Counted from the first letter of the stretch, positions 30,207 to 41,304 are shown. The stretch: 64,000 bases of DNA from Trichormus sp. ATA11-4-KO1 (GCA_019358915.1 JAHHIM010000002.1:32001-96000); one strand, 5' to 3'. Numbers and translations: made by a program. Notes: generated by a model not told the origin, from the letters alone.

Positions 30207-31796
30207 ATGAAAGCACTATTGATTTATCCTCAATTTCCCCAGTCATTTTGGTCTTACGATCGCTTCATGAAAATCGCCGGACTCAAAGCTGTTTTGCCTC
30301 CGTTGGGAATTATTACAGTAGCAGCACTTCTCCCTCAGGACTGGGAAATTAGATTTTGCGATCGCAATGTCAACTTTGAAACCGAGGCTGATTGGGAGTG
30401 GTGTGACCTAGTAATCCTCTCGGCGATGCTGGTACAAAAGCCAGACTTCCACTCCCTGATTCAAAAAGCAGTGCGCTTAGGCAAAAAAGTCGCAGTCGGT
30501 GGCCCATACCCCACTTCTGTCCCCCAAGATGCCCTTGACTCTGGAGCACATTATCTGGTTTTGGATGAGGGGGAATTAACAGTTCCCCAGTTTCTGGAAG
30601 CCCTCAATCAAGGTAAGGAGCAAGGAATATTTCGCTCTCTGGAAAAACCTGATGTCACTCAAAGCCCAATGCCGCGTTTTGACTTGCTGCAAAGGGATGC
30701 TTACTTGATGATGGCTATCCAGTTTTCTCGCGGTTGTCCCTTCAATTGCGAATTTTGCGACATTATTACACTCTACGGTCGTAAACCACGTACTAAAGAA
30801 CCCCACCAGACCATAGCTGAGTTACAAGCACTTTATGATTTAGGCTGGCGCGGGTCACTCTTCATTGTTGATGATAATTTTATTGGCAATCAGCGTAACG
30901 TCAAACGCTTCTTACGAGAATTGATTCCTTGGGTAAAGCAGCACAATTATCCATTCACCTTCATCACTGAAGCTTCTGTAAATTTGGCAGAAGATGATGA
31001 ACTGTTGCAATTAATGAATGAAGCAGGCTTTTATGCTGTCTTTCTCGGCATTGAAACTCCTGACCAAGATAGCCTGCAAACAACGCAAAAACTGCAAAAC
31101 ACTCGCAATCCGCTCATCGCAGCCTGTCGGAAAATTAATGACGCAGGGATGCTGATATATGCAGGGTTTATCCTGGGTTTTGATGGCGAACGACCAGGTG
31201 CAGGAGAACGCATCCAAGCTTTTGTGGAACAAACCAGTATTCCTCAACCTATGTTGGGTATTCTCCAAGCTTTGCCCAATACGGCTTTATGGAACCGTCT
31301 GCAAAAAGAGCAGCGTTTAGTAGAGGGTGTTGGCGTGACTGAGGTAGGAGACCAGAATAGTTTGATGAATTTTGTCCCCACCCGTCCCGTAGCTGAAATC
31401 GCTAGGGAGTATGCAGAAGGTTTCTGGACATTATATGAACCTAGGAATTATCTCAGACGTTGTTTTCAGCAGTGTCTCAGTATTAACTCGCCAGTGGAAC
31501 GAAAGCAAACTATGCAATTTTCTCCAGGTAAAGGGTTGCGGTTGGTTGCTCAATTAATTTGGTATCAGGGCTTACGACGGTCGGAAATTCGCTGGCAGTT
31601 TTGGCAACAACTATGGACGATTTTGCTGAAAAAACCTCAAGTTTTGAATATGTATTTAGGTCTATGCGCTGCTGGCGAACATTTTTGGGAGTACCGCGCT
31701 TTAGCTAGGCAACGAATTACTCAACAACTAGGCTACGACCCACTGAGAGTTTCTGTGCTACCTGAGCAAGAACCAATGCTGATGAGAAAAAACTAA
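30207..31796 (+). CDS. B12-binding radical SAM protein with DUF4070-like C-terminus (HpnP-related family)
   Basis: PPLG…VGGPY cobalamin domain; RGCPFNCEFC CxxxCxxC; VDDNFIG. Confidence 0.9.
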   Translation: MKALLIYPQFPQSFWSYDRFMKIAGLKAVLPPLGIITVAALLPQDWEIRFCDRNVNFETEADWEWCDLVILSAMLVQKPDFHSLIQKAVRLGKKVAVGGPYPTSVPQDALDSGAHYLVLDEGELTVPQFLEALNQGKEQGIFRSLEKPDVTQSPMPRFDLLQRDAYLMMAIQFSRGCPFNCEFCDIITLYGRKPRTKEPHQTIAELQALYDLGWRGSLFIVDDNFIGNQRNVKRFLRELIPWVKQHNYPFTFITEASVNLAEDDELLQLMNEAGFYAVFLGIETPDQDSLQTTQKLQNTRNPLIAACRKINDAGMLIYAGFILGFDGERPGAGERIQAFVEQTSIPQPMLGILQALPNTALWNRLQKEQRLVEGVGVTEVGDQNSLMNFVPTRPVAEIAREYAEGFWTLYEPRNYLRRCFQQCLSINSPVERKQTMQFSPGKGLRLVAQLIWYQGLRRSEIRWQFWQQLWTILLKKPQVLNMYLGLCAAGEHFWEYRALARQRITQQLGYDPLRVSVLPEQEPMLMRKN

Positions 31797-31915
31797 ACGA
31801 GCAGGTGATCGCATGAAGTACATGACTCTTTGAGCGATCGCTATTAACAAAGCTTATTGCCACAGACATAGTTTAATAGTTCAACATATGTAATAGACAC
31901 TAACAGTTAACAGAG

Positions 31916-32092
31916 ATGGTAGACAATAACCAACTAGAGATACGCCACATTAGTCCTAAAGTCAGAAAGTTGATTAAAATGTACGCTGCTGTTAATAACT
32001 GTACACAGTCGGAAATGTTAGAGCGGATGATTTTGGAGTGGGACGCCCAACAAAGTAGGAGTGAACGACCACCAGGAGACGAAGATGAATAG
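31916..32092 (+). CDS. 58-aa putative ribbon-helix-helix protein (not in the ORF track)
   Basis: MVDNNQLEIRHISPKVRKLIKMYAAVNNCTQSEMLERMILEWDAQQSRSERPPGDEDE*: beta strand with alternating hydrophobics followed by two helices. Confidence 0.55.
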   Translation: MVDNNQLEIRHISPKVRKLIKMYAAVNNCTQSEMLERMILEWDAQQSRSERPPGDEDE

Positions 32093-32398
32093 CTCTTTTG
32101 TAACCCTGAGTTTATCCGATCAGTAGTTACTCAAAACAAAGATAATTATTTAAAAATAAGGATTATTTGTATACGAAATTCACAAATGCTGCGGTGGGAT
32201 TTGTCAATAAACGTGAATTCGACAGACCTCATCCCAACTTCTCTCTCATGCCCCTTGTGTGTACACCGTAGCCTCCCAGGGGAGAGGTTTGAAGAGGGGT
32301 TTTTTGTATTTGTAGAACTCACGTCGATAAGAACTGACAAATAAAAAATATCCCAAAAATTCTGTGGTGCGGGCATCTTGCCCGCTAATCGTCCTAGT

Positions 32399-33478
32399 TC
32401 AGACTGCTAAACTAACCAAACTGCGAAGACGCCCATTTTGCGCAAATCGCTCTGCTATGATTTGTTGATAAACTGCTTCATAGCCATCCACCATTTGCCG
32501 AGTGCTGAAAAAGTTTTCGATATGTTGCCGACAACCATAGCGGTCTAGCTGAGTTATCTGCTCAATAGCACTGATGCACTCTTGAACGTTATCGCAGAGA
32601 AAACCCGTCTTGCCGTGGTCAATCACCTCGACAGTAGACCCCATTTTCATCGCAATTACTGGCGTACCAGCAGCCATTGACTCAATCATTACCAACCCAA
32701 ACGGTTCGCGCCAAGTAATGGGAAACAGAGTTGCTACTGCACCTCCCATCAGGGCATTTTTTTGAGCATGGTTGGCTTCACCTAGATACTCAATTTGCTT
32801 AGAGTCAATCTGCGGTTTGATTTCCTTCTCAAAGTATTCCACATCAACGACATCCACCTTCCCTGCTATTTTCAACCGCCAGCCAGCTTGTTTAGCAATT
32901 TCTATTGCTAAGTGCGCTCCCTTCTCTGGAGATATCCGACCCAGAAACGCCAGGTATGGAGGATCTTCTGGTTGGGCATGAAACTTGTAACTACTGACAT
33001 CAATCCCGTTATAGACAGTTGCTACATAGTTCAATGCTAATCTTGGTTCTCGTTGTGCATGGGAAATACTAATATAAGGTTGATTTTTACCAAATCTAAA
33101 CATTTTTTCGTTGTCTGGGGTGAAAATACCATGCAACGTGTGAACTGTAGGAGTTGTGACGAGATTCGCGTAAGCTAATGCTCCATATCCAGTATGAGCG
33201 TGAATAATATCAAATTCTTCTGCTCGTTCATATACTGAGGCGAGATTCAGCATATCGTAGATGCTGCCATCCTGGATGGTAGTATCAAGTCTCAGGGCAC
33301 GGGGATGAACTGACACGAGTTTTGCCGAACTGATAGAATCTCCCGATGCAAATAAAGTTACTTCGTGTCCGCGTCTGACTAATTCATCGGTCAGCAACCC
33401 TACTACTAACTCAATACCGCCATAAGCTGGGGGCGGTACTCTCTCCCATAATGGAGCGATCTGAGCAATTCGCATCAC
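32399..33478 (-). CDS. Glycosyltransferase family 4
   Basis: PPPAYGGIE, GRISPEKG and WREPFGLVMIESMAAGTP motifs. Confidence 0.92.
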   Translation of the reverse strand: MMRIAQIAPLWERVPPPAYGGIELVVGLLTDELVRRGHEVTLFASGDSISSAKLVSVHPRALRLDTTIQDGSIYDMLNLASVYERAEEFDIIHAHTGYGALAYANLVTTPTVHTLHGIFTPDNEKMFRFGKNQPYISISHAQREPRLALNYVATVYNGIDVSSYKFHAQPEDPPYLAFLGRISPEKGAHLAIEIAKQAGWRLKIAGKVDVVDVEYFEKEIKPQIDSKQIEYLGEANHAQKNALMGGAVATLFPITWREPFGLVMIESMAAGTPVIAMKMGSTVEVIDHGKTGFLCDNVQECISAIEQITQLDRYGCRQHIENFFSTRQMVDGYEAVYQQIIAERFAQNGRLRSLVSLAV

Positions 33479-34088
33479 AAACCTCCAAAAAATTCAGACT
33501 TTATAAAAACAATTTTTTTGTGTTTAAATACTCTCCTTCCCAATCTTATGGTTTAATATAGATATTTATTTTCTGTCTTATGTAGGGAAATCCCTCTGTA
33601 TTTAAGAGATAAATAAATTCTAATTTCTTATAAAATTGTGCTTAGGTAAGATTTTTATCAAAGTATTTTTTGATAAATTTAATATATATATAATTGCTAA
33701 AGTGTAGATATAGAGAGAATTTTAGGTAAATTTTTCTGTTATTAACTGTCAATTATCTAATTTTAAAATATAAATCAAAGGGTAAAATGTACATATTCCT
33801 TCAAGGCGGCTTTCCGTACTTTAAAGAACAACTGCTAACACCTCAAGTGTTGCTACTTGTAAAGCAGATTAAGTAGCTCAAATCAAAAGCAGCAAAATTT
33901 TCTGAGAAAATATCTGAGAATTAAAAAAAGCTTTTTTTAAATGTATTCTGTTGGTAGAAATAATACATAAATTTCAATAACGTAATGTATTTTGGCATGA
34001 GAATAATGTCCAGATAATTTAATTTAAAATTCATTTGTACAAAAGCTGCATCAAGCTAGTTAAAACTGGAAAGAATATTCAAAAATTA

Positions 34089-34138
34089 AAACCCCCTCAG
34101 TCTTTGCCCACTGTGCAACTTTTGTACTGAGGGGGTTT
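34089..34138. terminator. Strong hairpin downstream of rbpG
   Basis: AAACCCCCTCAGT…ACTGAGGGGGTTT, 13-bp arms. Confidence 0.55.
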
Positions 34139-34462
34139 GGTTATTTTACCAACTTTATACGCCTTATCAAGATATAAAGTTAGTTTTTGCTAAAATGTAT
34201 TGCAACAAAAATTTATATCCAGTTGAAGAGTTTTATGTTGCCCTTACCCTGGCCATTTCAACTCTGGAAGATGTGAAAATAATTAGTTTAGTGAAAGTGC
34301 GATCGCGCCTGTTGGTAAGATTGGTTATTCAAAAGTAGCGATCGCACTGACAACAATAGCTATAACTACATTCATTTGAATGAGTAACTAGGAAAACATT
34401 GGTAATTAAAAACTAAAAATCAGAATTTTTTAATTTTTAATTTTTAATTTCCCCCCAGTGGC

Positions 34463-34957
34463 TCAATTCGTAGTTTGTGCAGCTAGCATCTGCTTCAGCT
34501 TTTCTAATTCCGAAGCCCAGCGTGGATCTGGACGAATAGCGTCTGAGTCCGCATTTGTGCTGCTTTCACGAACACCACCTCCACCACGCCGAGACTTCTT
34601 AGCACCTTTCTCACGACGACTACTTTCTTTATTTGTGCTAGGAGTGGGATGACTACCAGCATTACTGGCAACTTTAGGAGCTTGCTCATCGCCCTCCTCA
34701 CCCTTTGTCCGAGGTAATGCTTTCTCTAGCTTGATGGGAGTCTCTTTGAACAATTGACCATTATACTTTTCAATAATTTGATCAGCTTGTTCGTCATTGT
34801 TAACCGTGAGAAAACCGAAACCACGGCATTTGCCAGTTTTCCGGTCTTTGATTAGTTTTGTAGTTACAGCATCGCCTTCTGCGGCAAAGACTGCTTGCAG
34901 ATCTTGACGATCTATTTCTTCTTTTGGCAAATTGCCTATATATAGGCGAACGGACAT
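34463..34957 (-). CDS. rbpG: RRM RNA-binding protein, long class with PDPRWA motif
   Basis: RNP2 LYIGNL, RNP1 RGFGFL, C-terminal PDPRWA. Confidence 0.85.
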   Translation of the reverse strand: MSVRLYIGNLPKEEIDRQDLQAVFAAEGDAVTTKLIKDRKTGKCRGFGFLTVNNDEQADQIIEKYNGQLFKETPIKLEKALPRTKGEEGDEQAPKVASNAGSHPTPSTNKESSRREKGAKKSRRGGGGVRESSTNADSDAIRPDPRWASELEKLKQMLAAQTTN

Positions 34958-35483
34958 GAACTAGACCTCCAGAGTTGAATGAACATGGCAAGGCAAGAAA
35001 ACAATCATTTGGCTTTGGCTTTTAAATAGATGCTATTGACCAAGATTGCCGTAAACCAAATTTTTACTCCAAACTGTCAACCTATACAATACAGTTTTTC
35101 GTCTGGATCAAGCTTGTTTAATACGAAAGCGTGCACAACGCTCGGCTAATACCACCTTAATTCTAAGAATTGTAAATTTATTAGCCTACTGCCTGCTACA
35201 GTAAATATTTTTTGATGATCTTGCCCGCAGAATTAAATACCATCCCTTAGATTATCACGGTATCTTCTACGTAGCTAGTTCAGCGCATACATTTTTGATG
35301 ATAGTATGATTGCATCGTAGCATAAAATACATTTTTTTCTCAAGAATGGATATTAGAAACAAAAACCAGCCATTGGCTGGTCGATTTGCTGCTGTGTTGG
35401 GAGGATAAAAAGTATAGACTGGTGCTGGACAGCCGATTTTGATCACCAAGCTGTAGTGCTGAGTTATATCGGTTGCCATGAAT

Positions 35484-35501
35484 TGTGTAAACAAATGTAA
35501 C
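35484..35501 (-). promoter_or_regulatory. HLR1 (RpaB) direct-repeat site upstream of rbpG
   Basis: Minus strand GTTACATT-TG-TTTACACA matches (G/T)TTACA(T/A)(T/A)-N2 repeat with one mismatch. Confidence 0.55.
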
Positions 35502-35661
35502 ACTTATAGACAAAATCTGCAACGTTTGTTTACATTTCCCTGGGTCAGTTATTTAGTTATCAGTTTATGTAACTGTTCACTAACTGACTAATACAGGACG
35601 GCATAAATCAACCACCCATCCCAAATTAATTAAACGCTTGCGGTATCAGAGAAAAGCGATA

Positions 35662-37950
35662 CTAGCCTATAAGAAAAATGTATGCGCCCCAAGCCTGTGC
35701 GGCGATCGCCAAAACAGTAGACCAAATGGGATGGGGACTATGAATGGTTTGACCACTTTGAGTTTGCAATGTTTGGATATCAATCCAAGGCGTTGCACCC
35801 CGGCGGAACCATCCTGTGACAATAATCTGACGACCAATAAAATCCTGGGGATTAACTGACTGTCCTAGGGAAATGTGGTGTAATTTTACCAAGCCTGTGC
35901 TGGACTGTAGAATTAAGTCCTGTCCTAAACAATTGCCAGTACCTCGGCGGCCTAATAACTTACCAGCAAGACGCACACTGATACTATCAATGGGGATAGC
36001 AGATGGATGAGCTATTAAGCTGGGCAAGCTTTCAGCATTTTGCACAGTGGCATTTTTGATATCTGGAAAAAAAGCATTCATCCGGAATACCATACCGATG
36101 CTAAAGCCAATCAGCAGGCAACCTGTAACGAAAGACCAATCTTCGTAGATCCACTTTAAATTTAAAACCTTGAACGTGAAAGCAGTTTGCCACATTAGCC
36201 AAATTAGACCTGCTAATAAAACACCCAGGGGAATCCCCAAAAAAGGAGCGATGTTTAACAAGAAAGACTGACGCTTAACCTTGAGGGATTGTTGGCTAGT
36301 TAGATGTAATTCAGTGTCTATATGCCAGTGGCGGGCTATTTGATTGAGACGTTGAATGCGATCGCCAATTAAGGGATGGCTATTGTTGATGGCAAACCAG
36401 TGCCGATAGGGATTAACAGTATCCCACATTAAGATCGATTCAAAAGGCAGCTGACCGGCAATACTACCCAAAGATAAACTCTGCTGATAACCCACTGGGA
36501 TGAGGAAATTTAAACTTTCTAAATGCCAACTAGTATTTTCTGCTTTTTGGATGTCAACAGAAATGCCGATCGCCATTTTCAGTAAAGCACGAGTTAGGGC
36601 ATTGGGATTGCCGGTAATTTCGGATGCTAGGCGATCGCTATAATAAAGCCGCAACCGAGACAACCACAAAGCCAGACCAGTCAACAAGCACCAGAATCCA
36701 TAAATGACACTAGCCACGATGGTTATGGGCTTATACCAAAGCCCATCTGATTTTTTGTTTCCCAACTCGGATATTTGCTGATATAGCCCATGAATGGGTA
36801 ATGACACCAGCAACATCAAAGACATCACCATAAAATCCCAGTGGGCAATATGTCCTAGTTGTGTAGCATAGATTGTGGCAATTTCATCATCTGCTAATTG
36901 CGCTAACAACCCTTGACTCACCACAATCCGCGCATTACCAGATAAATTTCCATAGGTCAGCGCTACTGGTGCGGCTATGGGCAAAATTCGCAATTTGGGT
37001 AATTGCCAACGCTTTTGTTGACAGTAGCGTTGTAACACCCTGCCGGTTTCACGACTGTAGCTATGTAATACATCTTTGGACAACTCTCGCTGACCATAAA
37101 AGCCTGTTAATAACCAATCTAGTAACCAGGGTGATAATCCCATCAAGATGAATAAAAGTATTGCCAAAAATGGCGTGGGGTTGCGGTATAATAACTGCAC
37201 TGGTTCCATGTATGGGAGTTTGACTAAAACAAAGTTAGTCAATCCCATTACGAACTGGAGTATTTCCCGCAGTACCCAAAACAGGGATATTAATGTTCCT
37301 GCTGCTAGTAACCGCAAGGGTATTAACTTTGGCTTAAGCAAAGGCTGCCATACCTTGGCACGTTTTGCTTGCCGCCAATAAATGCTGGATTGTTTAGTTT
37401 GTGTATAGTTAGTAGAGCTAAAGAAGCCGCTACCAGATGCTTCTTCAATGATTTTGTTTCGGTACTCGGCTGGTTGTAAAACAGGTGTTTCGATGACTGT
37501 CTTACGGAAACCACCTGATGGCACAGCAGATGAATTGCCAACGCTTGTAGTTTCTGCTACTGTATCTTTTGGTTTCTGTTTTGATGCAGTAGTGTTTTGA
37601 GAATGATTAAAGGCCACAAATCCCGTTGTGGAATTCTCCGTTTCTTTACTACTTTTTTTGCGTTTCGTCAAGTGCATAAGAGCGAGTTCAGCCCACTCTT
37701 TGACTTGCTGATTCTGGCATTCGGTGAGAGTCTGACACAAGGCGATTGCCTTGCGGACTTGCCCACTGCGTGCGTAAGCCATCACTAAACCAACCCGTGC
37801 TTGTAAGCTAGCAGTAACGTTTTCTTGACTACTAGCCACAGGTAAAAGTTTGGCGATCGCTGTTTGGTAATCCCCCTGCTTCAGGGCAACTAAACCAGCC
37901 TCCAAAGACAATTCGGCATGTGTTTGCATAGCGTCTCGTAGAGAAGGCAT
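35662..37950 (-). CDS. TPR + M48/HtpX-like membrane protein with a degenerate Zn motif
   Basis: N-terminal TPR-like helices; VVSQGLL…DEIATIYATQLGH, TGNPNAL and SHP motifs; start placed at MPS (37950) to avoid overlap with prfC. Confidence 0.8.
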   Translation of the reverse strand: MPSLRDAMQTHAELSLEAGLVALKQGDYQTAIAKLLPVASSQENVTASLQARVGLVMAYARSGQVRKAIALCQTLTECQNQQVKEWAELALMHLTKRKKSSKETENSTTGFVAFNHSQNTTASKQKPKDTVAETTSVGNSSAVPSGGFRKTVIETPVLQPAEYRNKIIEEASGSGFFSSTNYTQTKQSSIYWRQAKRAKVWQPLLKPKLIPLRLLAAGTLISLFWVLREILQFVMGLTNFVLVKLPYMEPVQLLYRNPTPFLAILLFILMGLSPWLLDWLLTGFYGQRELSKDVLHSYSRETGRVLQRYCQQKRWQLPKLRILPIAAPVALTYGNLSGNARIVVSQGLLAQLADDEIATIYATQLGHIAHWDFMVMSLMLLVSLPIHGLYQQISELGNKKSDGLWYKPITIVASVIYGFWCLLTGLALWLSRLRLYYSDRLASEITGNPNALTRALLKMAIGISVDIQKAENTSWHLESLNFLIPVGYQQSLSLGSIAGQLPFESILMWDTVNPYRHWFAINNSHPLIGDRIQRLNQIARHWHIDTELHLTSQQSLKVKRQSFLLNIAPFLGIPLGVLLAGLIWLMWQTAFTFKVLNLKWIYEDWSFVTGCLLIGFSIGMVFRMNAFFPDIKNATVQNAESLPSLIAHPSAIPIDSISVRLAGKLLGRRGTGNCLGQDLILQSSTGLVKLHHISLGQSVNPQDFIGRQIIVTGWFRRGATPWIDIQTLQTQSGQTIHSPHPIWSTVLAIAAQAWGAYIFLIG

Positions 37951-38035
37951 AGAAATTTTGGCACTCCAATCACTGCTGATCCACGGTTGTGCAAAAGCGC
38001 GAACTGCGGATGCCGTGGACATCAACTGTGCCCGG

Positions 38036-39664
38036 TTATGATTCCACTGGTGGTTGACCAGAATAAACCGGGGCGATTGCACTTAATTTTAAGTCAGGAT
38101 GATCTCCCTGTAACTGTTGACAATTCCATTCATTGCGAAATAACAAAACTGGGCGTCCCATACTGTCTTTGACTGTAGTGGTGTTGAAAATACGTCCCAC
38201 CCGATTCAAAGCTTCCCAACCACCTTCAACCCAACGGGCGACGCTGTAGGGCAATAACTCTAATATGGTTTCTACACCATACTCGTTTTGCAAGCGAAAC
38301 TGCACCACTTCAAATTGCAGCTGACCCACCGCAGCCATAATGGGGTCGCGTTTGGCTTCATCAGCTGAATACATAATTTGCACTGCACCCTCTTCTCGCA
38401 ATTCGGAAATGCCTTTCTGAAATTGCTTAAATTTTGAGGGGTTGGGGTTCCTGAGTGTGGCAAACAGTTCTGGCGAGAAATACGGAATTCCTTCATATTC
38501 CAGCTTGGTTCCTGTGTAGATGGTATCGCCGATCGCAAACACACCCGGATTGTTCAAACCAATCACATCGCCAGGATAAGCTATATCAATCGATTCCCTC
38601 TCCTGGGCAAAGAGTTTTTGTGGGCGAGACAGGCGGACGACTTTGCCAGTCCTTGCATGATTCACTGTCATATCTTTTTCAAACTTTCCTGTGCAAACCC
38701 GGACAAATGCCACGCGATCGCGGTGTTTTGGGTCCATATTTGCTTGCAGTTTAAAAACAAACCCAGAAAAGTCCGGGTATGTAGGGGGAACTTCACCAAC
38801 GGTGCTGTGATGAGAACCAGGCTTGAGGGCATACTTCAGGAAGTACTTCAGGAATAACTCTACCCCAAAGTTCGTCATGGCGCTACCAAAAAACACAGGT
38901 GTCATTTTGCCTTGATGCACCAACTCCAAATCTAGTTCTGGGCCAACTCCTTCTAAGAGTTCTAAATCATTTTTCAGTTGGTGATAAAGTTCCTCTTCTA
39001 GCAGTTCCTCGATTTTGGCATCACCTAAATCTACAGTCGTATCCAGGGCTTCCCGGCTACCGTGGGCGCTACGTTCAAAAAGGTGGATTTGTTGGGCGTT
39101 CCGGTCAAATACACCTTTAAAGCGATCGCCCATGCCAATGGGCCAGTTAACTGCATAGGTCTGCAATCCTAATTCTTGTTCAATCTCATCCAACAGTTCC
39201 AGCGCTTCTCTACCTGGACGGTCGAGTTTGTTCACAAATGTAAAAATGGGCAAACCCCGTAGCTTACACACCTCAAACAACTTCCGGGTTTGTGGTTCCA
39301 AACCCTTAGCCACATCAATCAGCATCACAGCGTTATCTGCCGCAGCCAGGGTGCGATAGGTATCTTCACTAAAATCTTGGTGTCCTGGTGTATCTAATAA
39401 ATTTATTTGACAGTTTTGGTATGCAAACTGCAAAACCGTAGAGGTAATGGAAATTCCCCGTTGTTGTTCCATTGCCATCCAGTCTGAAGTCGCCTTGCGC
39501 TGCGCCCTGCGTGCCTTGACTGCCCCAGCTTCGTGAATAGCACCTCCGTATAGCAGTAGCTTTTCTGTCAGTGTAGTTTTACCCGCGTCGGGGTGAGAAA
39601 TAATCGCAAAATTACGACGAAGTTCCACTGCTTGATGCAGTTCCGTCTGAATTTCAGTTGACAT
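38036..39664 (-). CDS. prfC: Peptide chain release factor 3
   Basis: [28 protein letters not shown] and [11 protein letters not shown] motifs. Confidence 0.97.
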   Translation of the reverse strand: MSTEIQTELHQAVELRRNFAIISHPDAGKTTLTEKLLLYGGAIHEAGAVKARRAQRKATSDWMAMEQQRGISITSTVLQFAYQNCQINLLDTPGHQDFSEDTYRTLAAADNAVMLIDVAKGLEPQTRKLFEVCKLRGLPIFTFVNKLDRPGREALELLDEIEQELGLQTYAVNWPIGMGDRFKGVFDRNAQQIHLFERSAHGSREALDTTVDLGDAKIEELLEEELYHQLKNDLELLEGVGPELDLELVHQGKMTPVFFGSAMTNFGVELFLKYFLKYALKPGSHHSTVGEVPPTYPDFSGFVFKLQANMDPKHRDRVAFVRVCTGKFEKDMTVNHARTGKVVRLSRPQKLFAQERESIDIAYPGDVIGLNNPGVFAIGDTIYTGTKLEYEGIPYFSPELFATLRNPNPSKFKQFQKGISELREEGAVQIMYSADEAKRDPIMAAVGQLQFEVVQFRLQNEYGVETILELLPYSVARWVEGGWEALNRVGRIFNTTTVKDSMGRPVLLFRNEWNCQQLQGDHPDLKLSAIAPVYSGQPPVES

Positions 39665-40295
39665 AAACTGTACTAGGTTCCTTGTTACTTAACTTATCTT
39701 AATTTTTTTCTACTTTAGTGAGTGTTTTAATCTTAAAACAACGATGCTCATGATAGGCTCGTAATATCACCAACAATATTAAGTTAGTGGGAAAATAATG
39801 TATAAAACACATACAGCAAATTCCCACTTTTCAGTGCTGCTTTTGTATCTGTCAGTTTGCCTATTGCCATATTATTAGTTATCAATGATTGAGATATCTG
39901 CTGTATGGAGGACTAACAATTTAGGCAGTATTCTAAGATATTTAGCAATCTAGACAAACTTTTTTACTATCCTTGAATTTTCCGAATTTTTAACACAAAT
40001 GATAATATTTATATAGGAAAAATCTGGAGATTAACAAATTGGATGATTGCCCAAGACCTAATATCCAATTTTCTCATGATCAATTTGATGAATTTTTATT
40101 CTGATGTTTTGGCGGATGTTGGGTTGGATAGATATCAACCCAGCTGTAAAATACAAAATTGCCCCACAGCTTCGTAAAGAGTAGGGCAAGGACAGTTAAG
40201 CACTGTTTGTAGTGTGTCCGACAGCAGCAAAAATTTACCTGCTTTTGTGACGCTTTGTTTTGTGTCCATTGCGTTATTTTTCTTTGCAAAACTTT

Positions 40296-41276
40296 ATGTA
40301 TCCCACTCATCGCCCCCGTCGTCTGCGTACCCATCCCCAACTACGTCGGATGGTACGTGAAACTGTTTTGACAACCAGTGACTTAATTTATCCACTTTTT
40401 GCAGTACCAGGTGAAGGAGTAGCCCAAGAAGTCAAATCCATGCCTGGAGTTTACCAATTGTCGGTAGATAAAATTGTTGAGGAAGCAAAGGAAGTTTACG
40501 ACTTAGGAATTCCCGCCATTATTCTCTTTGGCATTCCTGAAGATAAAGATGTAGATGCTACAGGTGCTTGGCATGATTGCGGTATTGTGCAAAAAGCGGC
40601 AACTGCGGTAAAAAAAGCAGTACCAGACTTGATTGTCATTGCGGATACTTGTTTATGTGAATACACCAGTCACGGTCACTGCGGTTATCTGCAAGTTGGT
40701 GATTTAACAGGGCGAGTTCTCAATGATCCTACCCTAGAGTTACTCAAGAAAACTGCGGTTTCTCAGGCCAAAGCTGGTGCGGATATTATCGCCCCATCGG
40801 GGATGATGGATGGCTTTGTGCAGGCAATTCGCGAAGGTTTGGACGCAGCAGGATTTCAAGATATACCAATTTTGTCCTATGCTGCTAAGTATGCTTCGGC
40901 TTACTATGGCCCATTTCGGGATGCCGCAGACTCATCACCACAATTTGGCGACAGAAGAACTTACCAAATGGACCCAGGTAACACCCGCGAAGCCATGAAA
41001 GAAATTGCCTTAGATATTGCCGAAGGTGCTGATATGCTGATGGTCAAACCAGCTTTGGCATACATGGACATTATTTGGCGCGTTAAGGAAGCAACTAACT
41101 TACCAGTTGCTGCTTACAATGTTTCTGGTGAGTATTCGATGGTGAAAGCTGCGGCACTCAATGGCTGGATTGATGAACAGCGCGTAGTTATGGAAACTTT
41201 AACCGGGTTTAAACGGGCTGGTGCTGACTTGATATTAACATATCATGCCAAAGAAGCAGCACGATGGTTACGGTAA
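40296..41276 (+). CDS. hemB: Porphobilinogen synthase (Zn-dependent)
   Basis: [31 protein letters not shown] and YNVSGEY motifs. Confidence 0.97.
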   Translation: MYPTHRPRRLRTHPQLRRMVRETVLTTSDLIYPLFAVPGEGVAQEVKSMPGVYQLSVDKIVEEAKEVYDLGIPAIILFGIPEDKDVDATGAWHDCGIVQKAATAVKKAVPDLIVIADTCLCEYTSHGHCGYLQVGDLTGRVLNDPTLELLKKTAVSQAKAGADIIAPSGMMDGFVQAIREGLDAAGFQDIPILSYAAKYASAYYGPFRDAADSSPQFGDRRTYQMDPGNTREAMKEIALDIAEGADMLMVKPALAYMDIIWRVKEATNLPVAAYNVSGEYSMVKAAALNGWIDEQRVVMETLTGFKRAGADLILTYHAKEAARWLR

Positions 41277-41304
41277 GGTGCGCGCTTGAATAATCAAAAT
41301 TTAA

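Noticed and set aside
30207..31796. Naming the radical SAM gene hpnP
   Set aside because: Family-level similarity only; no hopanoid genes nearby and several paralogues exist in cyanobacteria
37951..38082. 44-aa N-terminal extension of the M48-like ORF
   Set aside because: Overlaps the prfC 3' end and a hairpin; MPS at 37950 is the more plausible start
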